This document shows positions 48,478-62,426 of a stretch of DNA of 64,000 bases, in pieces (the stretch's first letter is position 1; every line of letters starts with the position of its first letter). The DNA comes from Tubiluchus corallicola. Lineage: Eukaryota > Animalia > Priapulida. The position numbers and the translations under genes are program-made. The notes beneath the pieces were generated by a model. That model ran no database searches and was not told where the DNA came from. It saw nothing but the letters and a program-made list of their open reading frames with translations. The DNA lies in NCBI GenBank assembly GCA_030141605.1, contig JAQGDQ010000696.1:46951-110950 (forward strand), given 5' to 3'.

Positions 48478-51400
48478 TTATGGTGATTTTTCTCTGGATT
48501 CAATACAGATTTTGTAAGCAGGTGGACTATGAGTCAGTCCCAAAGTGCCAGTCATCGGAGGTGCCTCGCAGTTATCAGGAAAACGGAATGAGAAGTTACG
48601 CAACAACGACGAAACAAATAAGAACAATTCTTGCTTTGCTAGAGTGTCTCCCAGGCATTTTCTCTTTCCTATTTAACAAAAAAGAACAGCAAGCATGTCA
48701 CATATTATGCCGATTATGAAAGCAATATTCAAAATAGCAAAACAGAAAAGAGCAAAATGGAAATTTTTAACAAGTTTTCTTAGTCTGAATTAATTAATTA
48801 TCACATAAATATCGTAATCCACACAATGCATTAATGACATTCAAAACACTGATCAGTTTTCACTGACAGTTACTTAGCACCCCTGTTAAAGGGGTGTTCT
48901 CTAACTTCTCTTCATTTATGAAATAGCGTCAAAACGGATTGTATGAAAATGAGCTTTGTTTTAGCATGTGCTGCAAGGGCAACGTGAAATCAAGGAAAAA
49001 GAACTTTACCATACAAATGAAAAGAAAAGTTTTTATCAAATACTTCGTGAATTACAAGCAGAAAAGAAATTGAATTTTTAACTTATATTCGGATTACACC
49101 AAGTATGTTCGATTATCGGACAAATTTTTACCACTAAATAATGCAGAAAGCATTTCCCTGTACAAGTCTATAACACTTACGTACTGACACTCATGGAAAC
49201 TTCTTCACTCATGCATTTACAAAATGTATGCAGTCGTTTTTTAATAATTCATTGCTTTAGTGACAGCATGCCATTTGGCACCGCTACAAATGGGCTTCTT
49301 TTAGCTCAGCAGCGCACATTATAATTGACTGTTCATGATGACAATGATGACCAACACTGACCAAAATCAAGACCAGCTTGATATCGTAAAACTTGAATAG
49401 CATTCAGATTTCACTGTCACGTATTCATGTGATCCTTCAGCAGTGAGAAACTCGAGAATAACAGAGCTTTGAATGAAGGTGTAGACGGCCTAGTCAACAG
49501 TAATAATTATAACGAACGTAGATTTACCTGTGCTAAACGGCATAAATGCTTCAGGTATTGTTACTTTTCCTTTTTCATTTAAGAAATTTTCCGGAAAGAA
49601 GTTGCCCGGCTGTTTCCATGCACGAGGGTCTCGATGGGCTGACCATAGTAGTCCTATGACTGTCGTCCTCGGTGGTAAAATGTATCCACCAACTTCAACC
49701 TGTGCAGAAAAACATTATATAAAGTCATGCAGTTTTTTATGATGAATAATCTTAAATACTATAGTCTGAAAACTAGTCAAATCAGGTTTGCTTTTCTGCT
49801 AGCTGTTTTTTTTTTGTTTGCTTCTATTAGTCAGTCAATCAATCAGTCAAAAAATCAATCAATTAATTGGTCAATCAGCCAATAAGTCGATTAGTTAATT
49901 GACTGATTCGATGACTGACTGATCAATTAATCGATTGGCAGGCTAACTAACTAGTTGGCTAACTGATTGACTCACGTGATTTTATTTTTATTTATTCTTT
50001 TATTCCAACCAACGGTCATAGCACAAATACTTACAACAATATAATTAAGTGACTGACTGACTGACTGACTGACTGACTGACTGACTGACTGACTGACTGA
50101 CTGACTGACTGACTGACCGACCGACCGACCGACCGATCGGCCGACCGACCGACCGACTGACTGTCTAACTGATTGACTGACTGACTCGCTCGCTGGCTGG
50201 CAAGCTGGCTGTTTTGATGTGATTTATTTCATATACACATCACAAATTAATACAAAAAAAATAAATTATGGCTCGCTCGCAGCAATAACACAAATAACAA
50301 TTAGCGATAAAACAAGCTACGCCAATGACGTCTAATTTCAGAAATAAAGTTTACATCACTGTTTAAAATGCTCTTGCATATAAAATTTTCACTCTTATTT
50401 TGCCTGAAGTATAAACCGTATGCACATTTTCTGTGAATCACATCAAAATAAATCAGATTAAGTCTAATACAAATATATCTGGCGCTCGTATCATATGAAA
50501 AGTTAAACAGCTTCGGTGCTGATACATTATACGCAACATTGAGTTTCCTAAGGTTGTAAGAAAAAAAATGTCTTCAAGGCTGTCTCTTCATCGTCTCTTT
50601 GTAAAGATGTCTCTTCATCGCAACCAAGACAAATTGAAATCCACTCAAACAAACAGGAATAATATGTAGTTCAAAACAGTCGAAAACCGACCCCAGTAAT
50701 ATTCCAAATTGTATCGGTTAATCCACAATGGAATGCAGCATTTCGAAACCAAAAGAAGGAAAGAAGAAGCAAAAGGGCAAGATCAAGATTCGACAAGCTC
50801 AACTGCGCCCCCCCCCCCAACAAGTCTGCCTCACCGCATTTTCATGCAAGAATTGGTTTCCTGAGCCATCAACGTCATCTCCACAGAAGAAGGAGTTCCT
50901 TTCGAGAAACGGTAACCAGAAGAACGACATTGGGAGGAAGCTAAATTCTCGGACCCAAGAAAAGGCCAACAAAAGCATTGTATTTGCTACACAAATTTCT
51001 AAGCAACTGGAAACATGACTAATTTCATACATTCCTTAAAATAGAATTATAATTGGGATTTTATATAATTGCCATTAATCAAAATTTACATCAAAGCAAT
51101 TGACCTTTTGCATTTTTTTACATTTAGTCAATACAGATATACACAGACATACAACTAAAATTTAGTCAAAATTCCATAAAATGCCTAGGAGAAGTACATC
51201 CAGAACCTAAGTATTATAAGTAAAAATGCAAAAGAAAAGTGTACATCAGACACTACCTGGTTCGTTTTGGCACTCCATAAAATGCCTAGGCATTCTATAG
51301 AGTGCCCGGTTTTGCACTTTGGCTTTAACACCAACAAAATATCAAAATTTGTATTACCTTATGTTGTCCTTGAACCAACTAGCCACTTTTGCGCAGTGAA

Positions 51401-54400
51401 TACAACACGGACCGTTTTCGCATGGATCATTTAATTCCTGACAGCACGCTGGTGATTCTATATTTCTTATACATAAAGCACTATCGTTTATTTACCTGTT
51501 CTGTCGTACAGTGAGGACTCCCCAAAGGCACAAGGCTAGCATATCGTTGTATTTCCAGAACTGTTGCATCAGTGTAAGGCAAGTGAGATCTTTGATCCAG
51601 TTGTGGCATTCTAGAAGCGCCAACAACATTATCCAATTCTTCCTGAACCCGATTTTGAACGTCTGGATTAGCCGCAAGAAAAAGAATTCCCCAAATGCAT
51701 GTCTGAAGAGTTGTCACAAACCCCGGACCCAGCAGGTCGCCAAGAATGTCGCGCAGAGTTTCTTCTTGAAAGTGAAAAATAACATTAACTTTTAATTTTA
51801 TGCAAAACAGGTTCAAACTTAGTTGTTTATTTGTCTGTTTTTTGCTTATTTGTTTTGCTTTGTTTTTGTCTGTCCGTCTGTTTGTTTATCTATCTGTCTG
51901 TCTGGCTGTCTGTCCGTCGTCCGCCCGTCTGTCTGTCTGTCTGTCTATCTTTAATTCAAGATTGCAGCGATAACATCAATTTAGAACAAAGCCTCATCGT
52001 ATTGCAACGGGTCGCCGTGAAACTTTACAAGAATAATATATTAGAACTAATTCTTCGTCTAGTTTTTGAATTGCCAGTTTTTCAGTTTTTTCTCCGGCAT
52101 CTTCAAGATGGCGGCGTTGAAGTCATTTTCGATGCAAAAAACACCTATATATAGGCACCCATCAAATCGAAACAGATCGTCATTAAACTGAGAATGAATG
52201 CGCTAGAACAAATATAATCGAACAACTTGTTTTTACTCGAGTTCGTGCATATGTTGCAAAGTACCTGAAAACGAATCCGAGTCCTTGGTTTCCTCCTCAT
52301 ATCTAATCGCCTTGTTAAGGTATTCATCTATAAAGTCGGTCAGGTTATTTGAATCAAAAGTCTCTTTATGTCCCGTGATAAAGCTTTGGACGTAATCATC
52401 ACAAATTTCCTTATTCAACAGCACCTGCTTCAGCGCCTTCTTGAACCTGGGTATTATTCTAAATAAATAAAAGCAATACAGTTTGACAAGCATGTTTTGA
52501 ATTGAATTGAAATTGAATTGCATTAATTTTTTAGATGTAAAAAATTTAAGCACTTGTGAAGTATAAAACACTATTATTGCGAAATGACTGCTAGTAAGAT
52601 CATTATTTGTCATTGTATTTCACTGAAATATATAACTTAGGTTAAGTTATCGTATACCTGAGAAGTGGAAAGAAATTCACGGCATTGACGGCTGGGAAAT
52701 AAGTGAATCCATGATCCATTCTTTTAACGTAATCATTGAAGTCAGGATTGTCTTGATCTAAGTGTTTTCCTAGCACCAGTTTATTGATGACATTTGCCAT
52801 GCATTTTGCAAGTGTTGTGTCCTCATATCTTAAGTCTACTGGGCGACCATTGAAAGATTTATATCTAAACAAAAAAGCGTTTATTGTGCAAAGCGGACGA
52901 CTGTAGTTCAAATCCTGACTGCAACCATAAACGAGTACATTTTTCTTTACCTCGAATTCATTGAAGGTCCACTAGTTTCTACTAGCTGAATAATAACCGT
53001 AGAGGATGGTCGTGAAAGCCTAGCAAATGCAGTGGCATGAAATGCAGTGCAAGTTAAGTACGCACCGCCATCCATTGACAAAAGACCACACGAAAAATAA
53101 TTACCGTTGGAACACGTCATTGACAAAGTATCTACAACGACAAGACAGTTAGCCAGCTAACAAAATATTACACTTTCACTACATTTTAATATTAGTTTCG
53201 GAACAACTATTTTTATTCATCTACCCTGGTTCACGTGATATTTATAATGGCATTTATCACACATTTAGTATTCAGTTAATTTAAAATTAATAATATATCT
53301 GCGGTTAAGATAATGTAACACTTTACCTGGTCAATAAAATGTTAATTTCATCTTCTGCTATTTTCTGAATCTCGTTTGTCCCAACACCCAGTTTTTTTAG
53401 TGTCCTCAAGGCGAATTTATAGTGCATCATCCAAAGATTTCCTTCACCAAACGACAGAGATGGGAAATAAGTTCCTGTGAAAGAAAAGGTAAAAAAATGA
53501 AATCTAAATATTTCTCAAGGGCACATTAGAGCTATATAGATTGTATCCTGCATAGCTATAGAGATTATGTAGACCTATTCAAAAACTAATATGTTGCATC
53601 TACACAAAATTATTTCCCAACTGGAGGAAGCAGTTACTTGACTTTTTTACAGTCACTGTATTGTCTTCACTAAAAACTTGTTTAAAATAATGATTTTCGC
53701 CATTAAAAGTACAATACGTTTCAAAATGTGCATCTACGTAATAATGCTAGCATAGTGGAAAATACCTGTCGCTTTAGGTGGATATAGTAGCTTAACCAAA
53801 AACATGTCAGGTCTTCCGCATAAAGACAATTTCCTAAATGCTTCATTAATAAGTTTATAATCAGTGAGTATTACTGTTGGCTTATGTCCCATATATATAC
53901 GAAATATGCCTCCATATATTTTCGACATTTTATCCAACTCCAGATACGGACGTGAACCAAGATCTGCAAGATTCCCCACAACAGGCAAGGCAAATGGGCC
54001 AGGAGGAAAGCGGTCAGAAGTAAAATAATCAGCAGGAAAACGGTATGACCGACAAACGCCCAGAAAAACAGACAGAAGTACCAACAGAAGCGAGTAAAAT
54101 GTCGCCCAAAGCATCCGATATTGCACTAGCTCCACTTCCTGTTTTAATTCATTGGGATCGTCGATTTTACTTGTTGATTCGCGGTTGTTTCCGACCTGCT
54201 CAATTTCTTCCAAGCACGTTTCATCAATAACAAGTTTTTTCTTGTTATTATGGTCATGGGGAGCTTTCCAGCAAGTTTCTCTCTGTACAGCTGTTGAATA
54301 TTGTCCCCAGGGAGTGCCTATGATGGCTCCATTTTCATTTTCTTGAAAAGGGGTCTGCGGTAATTTACCTGTCTTGTTTTGTCCTTTGGTGATCGTCATC

Positions 54401-54696
54401 ATCTTATTTTCGTTTTCCGTGTCTTGCTTGGGGTTTTCTTTGTTTATCCTGGAAAGTTTTGTTTGCAAAGTTTCAAGTTGACTTTCACAACTGCTCTTTC
54501 CGACATTTCCCGTTATAAAGGATTTGGACACAGAATTTAGCCCTGATTTATCGCACTTTGAGCCAGCATCGAGTGATCTTCCATCGTCATGTCGAGTGAT
54601 GAACGGGGAAGTTTTCTCGTCCACATTTTCTGCCGACTTCATCAGTAAGAAGATCAGACACAGGAACATCCATGAGTTTGGGCATGTAGTATTCAT
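48478..54696 (-). CDS. Cytochrome P450, clan 2, 7 exons: 54696-53766, 53474-53327, 52864-52658, 52458-52265, 51764-51496, 49699-49528, 48668-48478
   Basis: PPGPFALPVVGNL hinge, K-helix EIQR, meander FFPENFL, and heme motif FMPFSTG|KRKCLG across the last intron; all junctions are phase-consistent. The N-terminus, C-helix and I-helix are atypical (see findings). Confidence 0.93.
49828..50200. repeat. (GACT)n/(GACC)n microsatellite with degenerate flanks in a CYP intron
   Basis: Pure tract at about 50051-50185; a further (CTGT)n tract lies at about 51833-51950. Confidence 0.92.
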
Positions 54697-55476
54697 GGTT
54701 TCTAACTAACTTACACAAATGCACCGTATTTGAAATAAACTAATGTTTATATAGCTTAGCACTTAAAAGAGTGTAGAATCACATCGGGGTACCTAACCAA
54801 GAACTGTGACTTCTATATAATATAACCTATATGAGGAGAATCAAGATCATTGAACTAATGAAGCGGGATGGGTGAAACAGGTCTTTTTACGATAACATTA
54901 TTATGATTACGTAATAGGCTTGGCACGTCACTGCATGGAGCGCGAATGCGGAGGTGCTGATTACGTTCTTCTTTGGCACAGCAGGTACCTGAACGTGTGC
55001 GCTGCGCGAGTGCCATCTTTTACAAACGGGATTACAAAGCAAGACTACAAATCTTTCATTAAAAAAGATGTAGATCAAGTATGTCGTAAATTTTATTTTA
55101 TTTTATCACAGGATTTCAGTAGATTTGATTTTAAACCAATAAAAAACGTCTAGCTCCAGAATAAAGTTCCAAATTTTTAATTACACCAGTTTAGGTCAGA
55201 GCGAGAAAACATATATATTACAATGACTACAGACTTGTGGACTTCAGTCAAGTTCAGAACAATGTACAAGCATTTCTTATAAGCAGATGTAGTTAGATGT
55301 AGTTAATTTGTTGAAACAACTGCGTTTGCACCACTTCCGGTTTTGCAAACCACTGTTGTTTTTTCTTTTTTATTTTGCTCAAAGCGAGCTTGTCCCATAT
55401 TTTTCAAAACAAAAGGGAACAAAACGGATACAACAAGACTTGAAACGTGAGAGAGCTCGCCTGAGACTTGTCATCA

Positions 55477-55823
55477 TTAACAGAGAAAAACGTAATGCCT
55501 TTTATAGTCTCAAAGATTATAATATTTATTCAGTAGCTTTCGCCCTAGCGGGCCTCATCAGCTGAATAAAAAGTGGTGATAACCCGAGAAAAGCAATTTC
55601 AACACTCTATCTGAAAAGTTTAGGAGGAGCAAGATGCTGGGCAGTGCAACTATAAGACATGAAATATGAGTCTCTCCTGAGACTTGTCATCAATAAGTTG
55701 ATAGAGAAAAACTTAGGTTACCAGCATAATCTATTCAGCTGATGATTCCCGCTAGGGCGAAAGCTATTTAATAAATATTACAATCTTTGAGACTATGAAG
55801 GTCATTACGTTCTTCTCTGTTAA
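55477..55823. mobile_element. MITE-like element with ~90-bp imperfect TIRs bounded by TTAA
   Basis: TTAA|CAGAGAAAAACGTAATG...GCTTTCGCCCTAGCGGG..TCATCAGCTGAATA is mirrored by TATTCAGCTGATGA..CCCGCTAGGGCGAAAGC...CATTACGTTCTTCTCTG|TTAA. Confidence 0.75.
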
Positions 55824-55954
55824 GAACGGCTACCATTAATTTTGTAAGCACGTCGGTTAAAACTTCTGACGAGCAATACCAAAACTTTCACTAGAAAGAA
55901 GAACCTGACGTCGATATCATAGTCCTGTTGATGTCAAGCGTTACTACCCGCGAT

Positions 55955-56476
55955 TAGTAACGTAGTTAATGGAGGAGCAGGGGGAGCAACCACTCCCCCT
56001 ATCACGTTATTTTTCAAAATTGGCGTCTTTTCAGCAATTTTTTAATTCTTTAGTTCATTTGCTGAATGATCCTTTAGTCGGCTAAACAGATGAAGCTCTA
56101 CCTCCTTTCTACGGTGGGCAAGGATAGATTGTCTGGGTTAGCTTTACTCTCTGTTGAAACAGAGTTGGCTACTTAGGCGGATTAGTAAAATTATAGGTTA
56201 CTTTGCTAAATTAGACTTTTGTAGCACCTTCATGACACATTTTCCGTAATGCTCCATTTTGTTTTCATTTTACGTTCAAAATTAATATATTTGAGAAACA
56301 CATGTTTTTGTTGTGTTTTGAGATTGATGAGCTTACTGAAAACTTTTAGTCGTGTTTTGATTATAAACACAAAATTAAAATGTATAACCAGTGCGCTAAA
56401 AATTGTTAGGTATATGTCACGGCGCCTTTTTTGTGTGCATGCTCCCCCTAACTTTAGAACCTGGCTACCGCTTCTG
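55955..56476. mobile_element. hAT-type non-autonomous element
   Basis: Ends TAGTAACGTAGTTA...TGGCTACCGCTTCTG, subterminal GGGGGAGCA/GCTCCCCC motifs, and flanks CCCGCGAT / CCCGCAAC (6/8 match, aged 8-bp TSD). Confidence 0.6.
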
Positions 56477-57218
56477 CCCGCAACGCAATGTTCCTCAAAC
56501 CTAGAGTTATGTTTGCTTTTACACTATAGTTCTAGGCCCTTATGACATAATTAGTTATAAGCTTTTTGTTCGTTCAAAAGCTTTGCGTAAAGCCAAAGGA
56601 AGAGGAGATTCTGCACGTAAACAGCAGACGATAATGCTCAGCATCAAATAAGAATGTCAGACAATCAAGCTTTAAAGCAAATGCTTTGTAAAATTTTGTT
56701 TGAGCAATGAGCATTTGAGCAAATAATTGTTGCCGATAAAGGGATACCTGTCCCTACATAAACTAAATCATTACAACTTTGCTATCTAACTTCCAGTAGT
56801 TCTATAATACATGAAAATATATAGGCCCCGTATCAATTTGTTGTAGCTCATCACATCACGATTCACGCCTCTATAATAAAGTAGACATGACGGCACTTTC
56901 CAGCACCAGTTTCTTCGCACAAAGGGGAAAAATTTCCGGGAAAATCACCAGTCTATTCTGAAAAATCAAAGCAATATGTATTTATGTATGTGACACATAT
57001 TTGCCACTACTTCCTGCTCAATTTTTGTGGCTTATTATTACACACAGTGGCTCCTAGATAGACACATCATATACTGATCAGTTTAGTTAATTACAATTCC
57101 ATCTCCTAAAATTATATTACTTTTATCATCTGAGAAGGCATTACATTTCAGAACACTCTATGGACTGTGGTTTGAAAACTGAAAGGAATAACAAATGAGA
57201 AAGGACGAAATGTTAAAG

Positions 57219-57219
57219 C

Positions 57220-57296
<77 letters not shown>

Positions 57297-57314
57297 AAGA
57301 GAGAGGGGGAGAGG

Positions 57315-57395
<81 letters not shown>

Positions 57396-57408
57396 AGAGA
57401 AAGAAAAG
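57219..57408. repeat. (GA)n microsatellite
   Basis: Directly visible. Confidence 0.98.
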
Positions 57409-59160
57409 ATGTGACAGTAACTGCAAGAAATTGCAAACTGTATTCAAATCGACATCCATAACCATCAACGCGATGCTTCCCAGTAGGGACCAGCAAAATT
57501 AGTCAAGTTTATTTAATTTAAATAATTAGAACAAATTTCGCTTTAGAAATGTCATTTAAATTATTAATGACGTGCAATTTTTATGCGTTCGCTAATGTTA
57601 TTCTATAATCTAACAATCGTGAAGAAGTGATGAAGTGTCTTAACGCCACATCAATTCTGTGTTGACATTATTCACAAATTTGTTAGATAAAGAAGTTCTT
57701 GCTTAAAAAATCATCTCCTTTTGTGTAAAGAAAGCTGAAGTTCTTTATGTTTAGTTTTATAAAACTGAATGTAAGTAGCTACACATGCAACTTAAGTAAT
57801 ATTAGTTAGATCACTTAGGTAGTACTTCTTAAACAGATTAAGACCAACGTGGGCCCGATTTAGCACCAGACGATTTAACATCAAATAGGGAGTTAAAGAC
57901 TATAACGACTAACGCAGTCACTTGTGTCGAGCCTGATAGTGGCTTAAAAATGCTATTATTTCTTAGTTTTTTTTTAAAATTGCATTAAAATTCCTGAAAC
58001 TCTTTCTGAAGGTCAAAAAGAAACTTCAGTGAAAGAAACTTAAAAACGACTTTTTTGAATGACGAATGGTTTACCGTTTACAATGAAATGCTTTAAAGAA
58101 AGGCGAAGCTTTCTGGAAAGTTCTGGCTATTTCAATGTTCGTGAAAAATGTTAGAAGGATTGAGTAGTAAAAGTATGGCAAGCGGTTTAAAGTCGGGATC
58201 ACTTCACGCTTGGGCGCTCCCATTTTGAACACCCATTCTTCCACCATAGACATCGTTCATCGACTGAAGAAAAGCAGCGCGCTGCCAATTTCCATCAAAA
58301 ATATATATTATAATAAGTTTTTACAAATAACTTAGATACTTAATTTTGTGTTGTTTTTGCAAAAACATTAAGTAGGCCCTAAGCTGGACAAGTTTGAATT
58401 AGTTTAAAAGGAAAGCGAGCTTACGGAAAGCCACGAAGCCAAGAATGTTCTGTCATGTGAAAAAAATGTTTTGTGAAAAAAGAACGGGCGAAAAAACCCA
58501 TTTGAATAATAGGTGTTATAGTTTTGAGTAATAGTAATAGGTATTATGCCATTTTTGCGTAATAGGTTTACTGCAATATGTATAACAGACAAAAAACGAC
58601 CAACCAAACAAACAGCGTTAAATCATAACTTCCTTGGCAGAGATAAAAATAACTAAAAATAATTACTTAATTATCCCACACAGAAACCCTAACCCCAAAC
58701 TCATATTTGTGCCATTTTTCCTGTGTCATTTTTATCGCGCCATTTTTACCTGCGTCATTTTTACCTTGGATTCCAGAAACCTGAAGTAACCATTTTTTCG
58801 TGTTTTGATTCGTGAATAAAGGATTAAAATCTGACACGTGATCAGTACCTTCTACCAATCAGAAGAGCGACTTGTGAGCAATCTCCCTCAAAGTTTATAC
58901 GCACGCAGCACAGTAACACGTGTCGGAGTTTGTCAATGTCAGATGTTAACCTGATTCAGCTGGGATTCTGCCCAGGCTATATTTATTTAGGCAAGCTGGT
59001 TGCAGATTTCGAGTCTTGCGTTATCTAGTGCTAGTGTGACGTGTGTTCGTGATAAACATCACTGGACTGTTATCATTTAGAGTATCTTCGGCAGTTCTAC
59101 GTAAATTATCGACTGTTGCTGAGTAGTGAAAGTGTGGATGAGGACAGTTTTGCAGCGATC

Positions 59161-62100
59161 ATGTTTGTGTTAGGGGTGTGTATTTTAAATGCAGTATTTT
59201 CAGTATTCGCGCAGAAAGTTTCGCTTTTTAAAGAAGAAGACCCTGTTATCCAGATTTGGGGAAATGAACAGTTTGATTCAGAAATATATGGCAAATCCAA
59301 TGCATGGATCGCAATGTTCTACTATTCCTGGTGTGGTCATTGTCAACGTTTTGCACCCAAGTTTCAGGCTCTAAGTCTTGAAATTAAAGGTAAAGTATGG
59401 ACATCTCGTTTAATTTCAGATAAATTCCAAGTAAATTTGATGCCAGAACAAAATATAAATATATTGATCAGGATAAATGTCTGATTTTTTAATGTTAATG
59501 ACTTCGTGTGATATGTGTTATGTTCTGAAAATAAATCATGTAATGTGAAAATATGGCAACTTTATCTAATCTAATCTAATCTTGTGATCTTACATTTACA
59601 AAGTTGCAAATTAAACAGCACTAACGTTCCCTATGTCTCGATATATTATCTGGTTCTGATTATATGAAACTTTGTTGAACACAAACTACAGATTATGTTC
59701 TCTTTGAGAGTGAGGTCGTTTGTCAATGGTTTCTTCACATAGTTTTCTATATTTATTTCTATAGATTGGGATGATGTCGTCAAGCCAGTCACAATTAACT
59801 GCGCATCAAATATCAACACAGCATTGTGCAGAGAACAAAGAATTGGAAGTGTGCCAGATATTAAGGTTATTAATAAATATGCATACTTTTTTACATACTC
59901 ACCATGCTATCACAAAATGCATAACTACATTTTTTGTGTATGTATGCTTGCACTTGTACTGTCAGAGTATCAACTTATTGACATATTTCTGTAATTATTT
60001 TCAAATGTTATAAATATGTAAATGTATTAATATATTTTCATTTTAGTTTTTCAAACCATTGCTTAAAAAAGGAGAAAGGGGTGTGCAGCATCAAATGCAG
60101 AGAGGACACAGAGAAACATCAACATCTCTGAGCATTTCACTGGCCAATTTCCTAAAGAAACAGGCAAGTTCTGGTGTTGTTCCAAGCAACTGGCCATCAT
60201 TTGAGCCTCTAGAAAGGTAATAAAGTCTATTAATTCCACCTATAAGAACGGAACTGCTTGAGTGTAAGAGTGTTAGGTAGAGAATAGGGAAGTGACTTCA
60301 CACGTGAGTGTCTGCTTGCATCCGTGCACACATAGTCTGTCTAAAACTCTAAATATTTTGCACGTTTGCATAATTGCATGATATCTTCAAGGCCTTGAAG
60401 GCCAAAGAGTTATGTGAATAGTACTAGAAAGCACTACTACAGTAATCTTGACTTTGATCTAGCATGTTAAAATCACTGAGTAGATTGTACTCTTCTAAAC
60501 TATTGACAATGCATTCAAAGACGCTGGTTTGGAATTTCATGATTGCATCATGCTACTCTTTTTATACGAAGTTTATTTGTTGTGTGTTGGTACTAGTAGT
60601 AGCATGAAACTAGTCCGAACAAGCTTTGAACCCAGTGTCCACAAATCCATTCGCTGACCAGTCTCCGTTTTGTTAACTGCTTGACTCTTTACCTCACATT
60701 ACCTCTCCAGCTAATTAGCTTAATGACAGGTATTATTTTTAGCATTCTTGAGGAAATTATCTAGCATTTTTTGCTTCATGTATACCTGATTGGCTGCATT
60801 TTAAATTTCTAGAAGTCGTTCTAGGCCTAATTTTGATGTTGTGAGTTTACGTATTTTTGTATATAGTGTAGAAGAATTGAGAGAAGTTTGGTCAAATTTG
60901 CAACAGTTAGATCGCACCACTATTATTGTGCTTCATGAAGCAACAGAAACAGTGCTAGGCCCACTGGTAGGTGTTTACCCTTTCATACATTGCAATGTAT
61001 TTTGTTCATTTATTGACAGATTATATTCTTGAGCAAAATTTAGAAATATTTACTTGTGATATCAGTGTTCCAGTAAGAACATTTGAACTTACTATAAGCC
61101 CTCATTTCAAAAGGAATGAATCATCTTATTAGGTAAACTTACTTAGTCTTAACAGTTTCATCTCTTTAGGTCTTTTTTTATTTGCAGTATTAGGCAGGAA
61201 ACTACGTACGCTGTTTAACTGTTTAGCAGCTAAAATGAAATTATCATAGAATACGTTAATGCACTAGGGCCTAGAACCACCCAGAAGTAATTATGAATCT
61301 TTAAAAATGTATATTTAATGTCTTCGTGATCTTGGAGATTAAACTTTTTGTATTTATATATATTTATGTATATTTTGGTGAGGATTTTAAGAACCAATAG
61401 TAATTTTAGGTTTTTCTCTCAGCTTCAGATCTTGTACTGCCAATAGCTGAATAAATAAAGAGCAAAACGCAGCCATTTTTCTGAAAAATTAAACCTCAGT
61501 GGTTTATGAAATAAGTATATACATGAGTAAAAGTAAATGGTAAGATTATATGGCCATGATCAATATGAAGATTGTACCAACGACTGAGTGTCATTGATGA
61601 CTGCAATGAACTAAATCTTTGAACAGATCACTGCCTGTCTTTCATCCAAGTAGTCATTTATTTTGGTATTCACAGTCATAATCTAATTAATGATAAAAGC
61701 ACAACATATTTTGTTTCTTTTTTAAATCTATTGTAATGTCATTTTCAGATTGACTATTGGGTTGTCACATACACTTCTGTTTTTAGTGAAAACTGTACAG
61801 TTTAACAAATGTAAGAGTTTAATATTTTTTAGTTTATCCTGCACATGATGCCATTTGATTCTGTTGAAGCTGTGTGGCTGATTAGTGAGGACACTGGACT
61901 GTGGGTGGACACTCGTATCACACTTCCTGCAATATATGGTTTTACTTCTGATTACTTTTGGCTATTTTCTAAGGAGTATGGCTTATTTTTATTTAGTTAC
62001 ATTTGCTCCTATTTAAATTGCATTCCTATTAACTAACATTACCAGTCAGGACAATACTGCAGGAAGGTTATTCTGTGTAATAATAGCTGTGTGGAGTTTT

Positions 62101-62426
62101 TTAGATTTTTTATGAGTTTGCCGCATTGTTCCATGTATTGATACAGCAAATAATTAGAATTTTCATGATAATACTCCCAGAACCAAAACTTGCAATGCTA
62201 AAACAATGTTATTTTTGAGAGTTACCTGTAATATTTGTATCAGGTTTCATGTTTAGTTTAATATCTTGGCTTAAATTATTAATTATAACGGCTAATGACT
62301 AAATTTACGCTGAAAGTGCAAAAGAAAACTGGCATTTTCATTCTCTTTTTATAGGGTAGCTGATGCATTTACAAAAGTCGTTGCTGAGTCTGTTATACTG
62401 GAAGCTAAAATGGCTTTTTTCTACAG
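59161..62426 (+). CDS. QSOX: Sulfhydryl oxidase QSOX, 5' part (signal peptide, Trx1, Trx2); exons 59161-59389, 59765-59865, 60047-60216, 60867-60966, 61833-61975, 62355-62426; ERV/ALR domain not in window
   Basis: LFKEEDPV...KSNAWIAMFYYSWCGHCQRFAPKF...IKDW...INCA...NTALCR...FFK...WPSFEPL matches the QSOX Trx1 architecture (WCGHC plus the C-x8-C structural pair). Junctions are phase-consistent. Confidence 0.88.

Noticed and set aside
49250-49490. Apparent CYP last exon right after a 38-nt intron, which would lack the heme Cys
   Set aside because: The genuine last exon with KRKCLG lies at 48668-48478, so the P450 is not heme-less.
50728-51032. Lys-rich ORF within a CYP intron
   Set aside because: No recognisable domain; likely a repeat remnant and cannot be supported.
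58071-58290. Possible transposase fragment
   Set aside because: No convincing DDE or HTH motif could be read in any frame.
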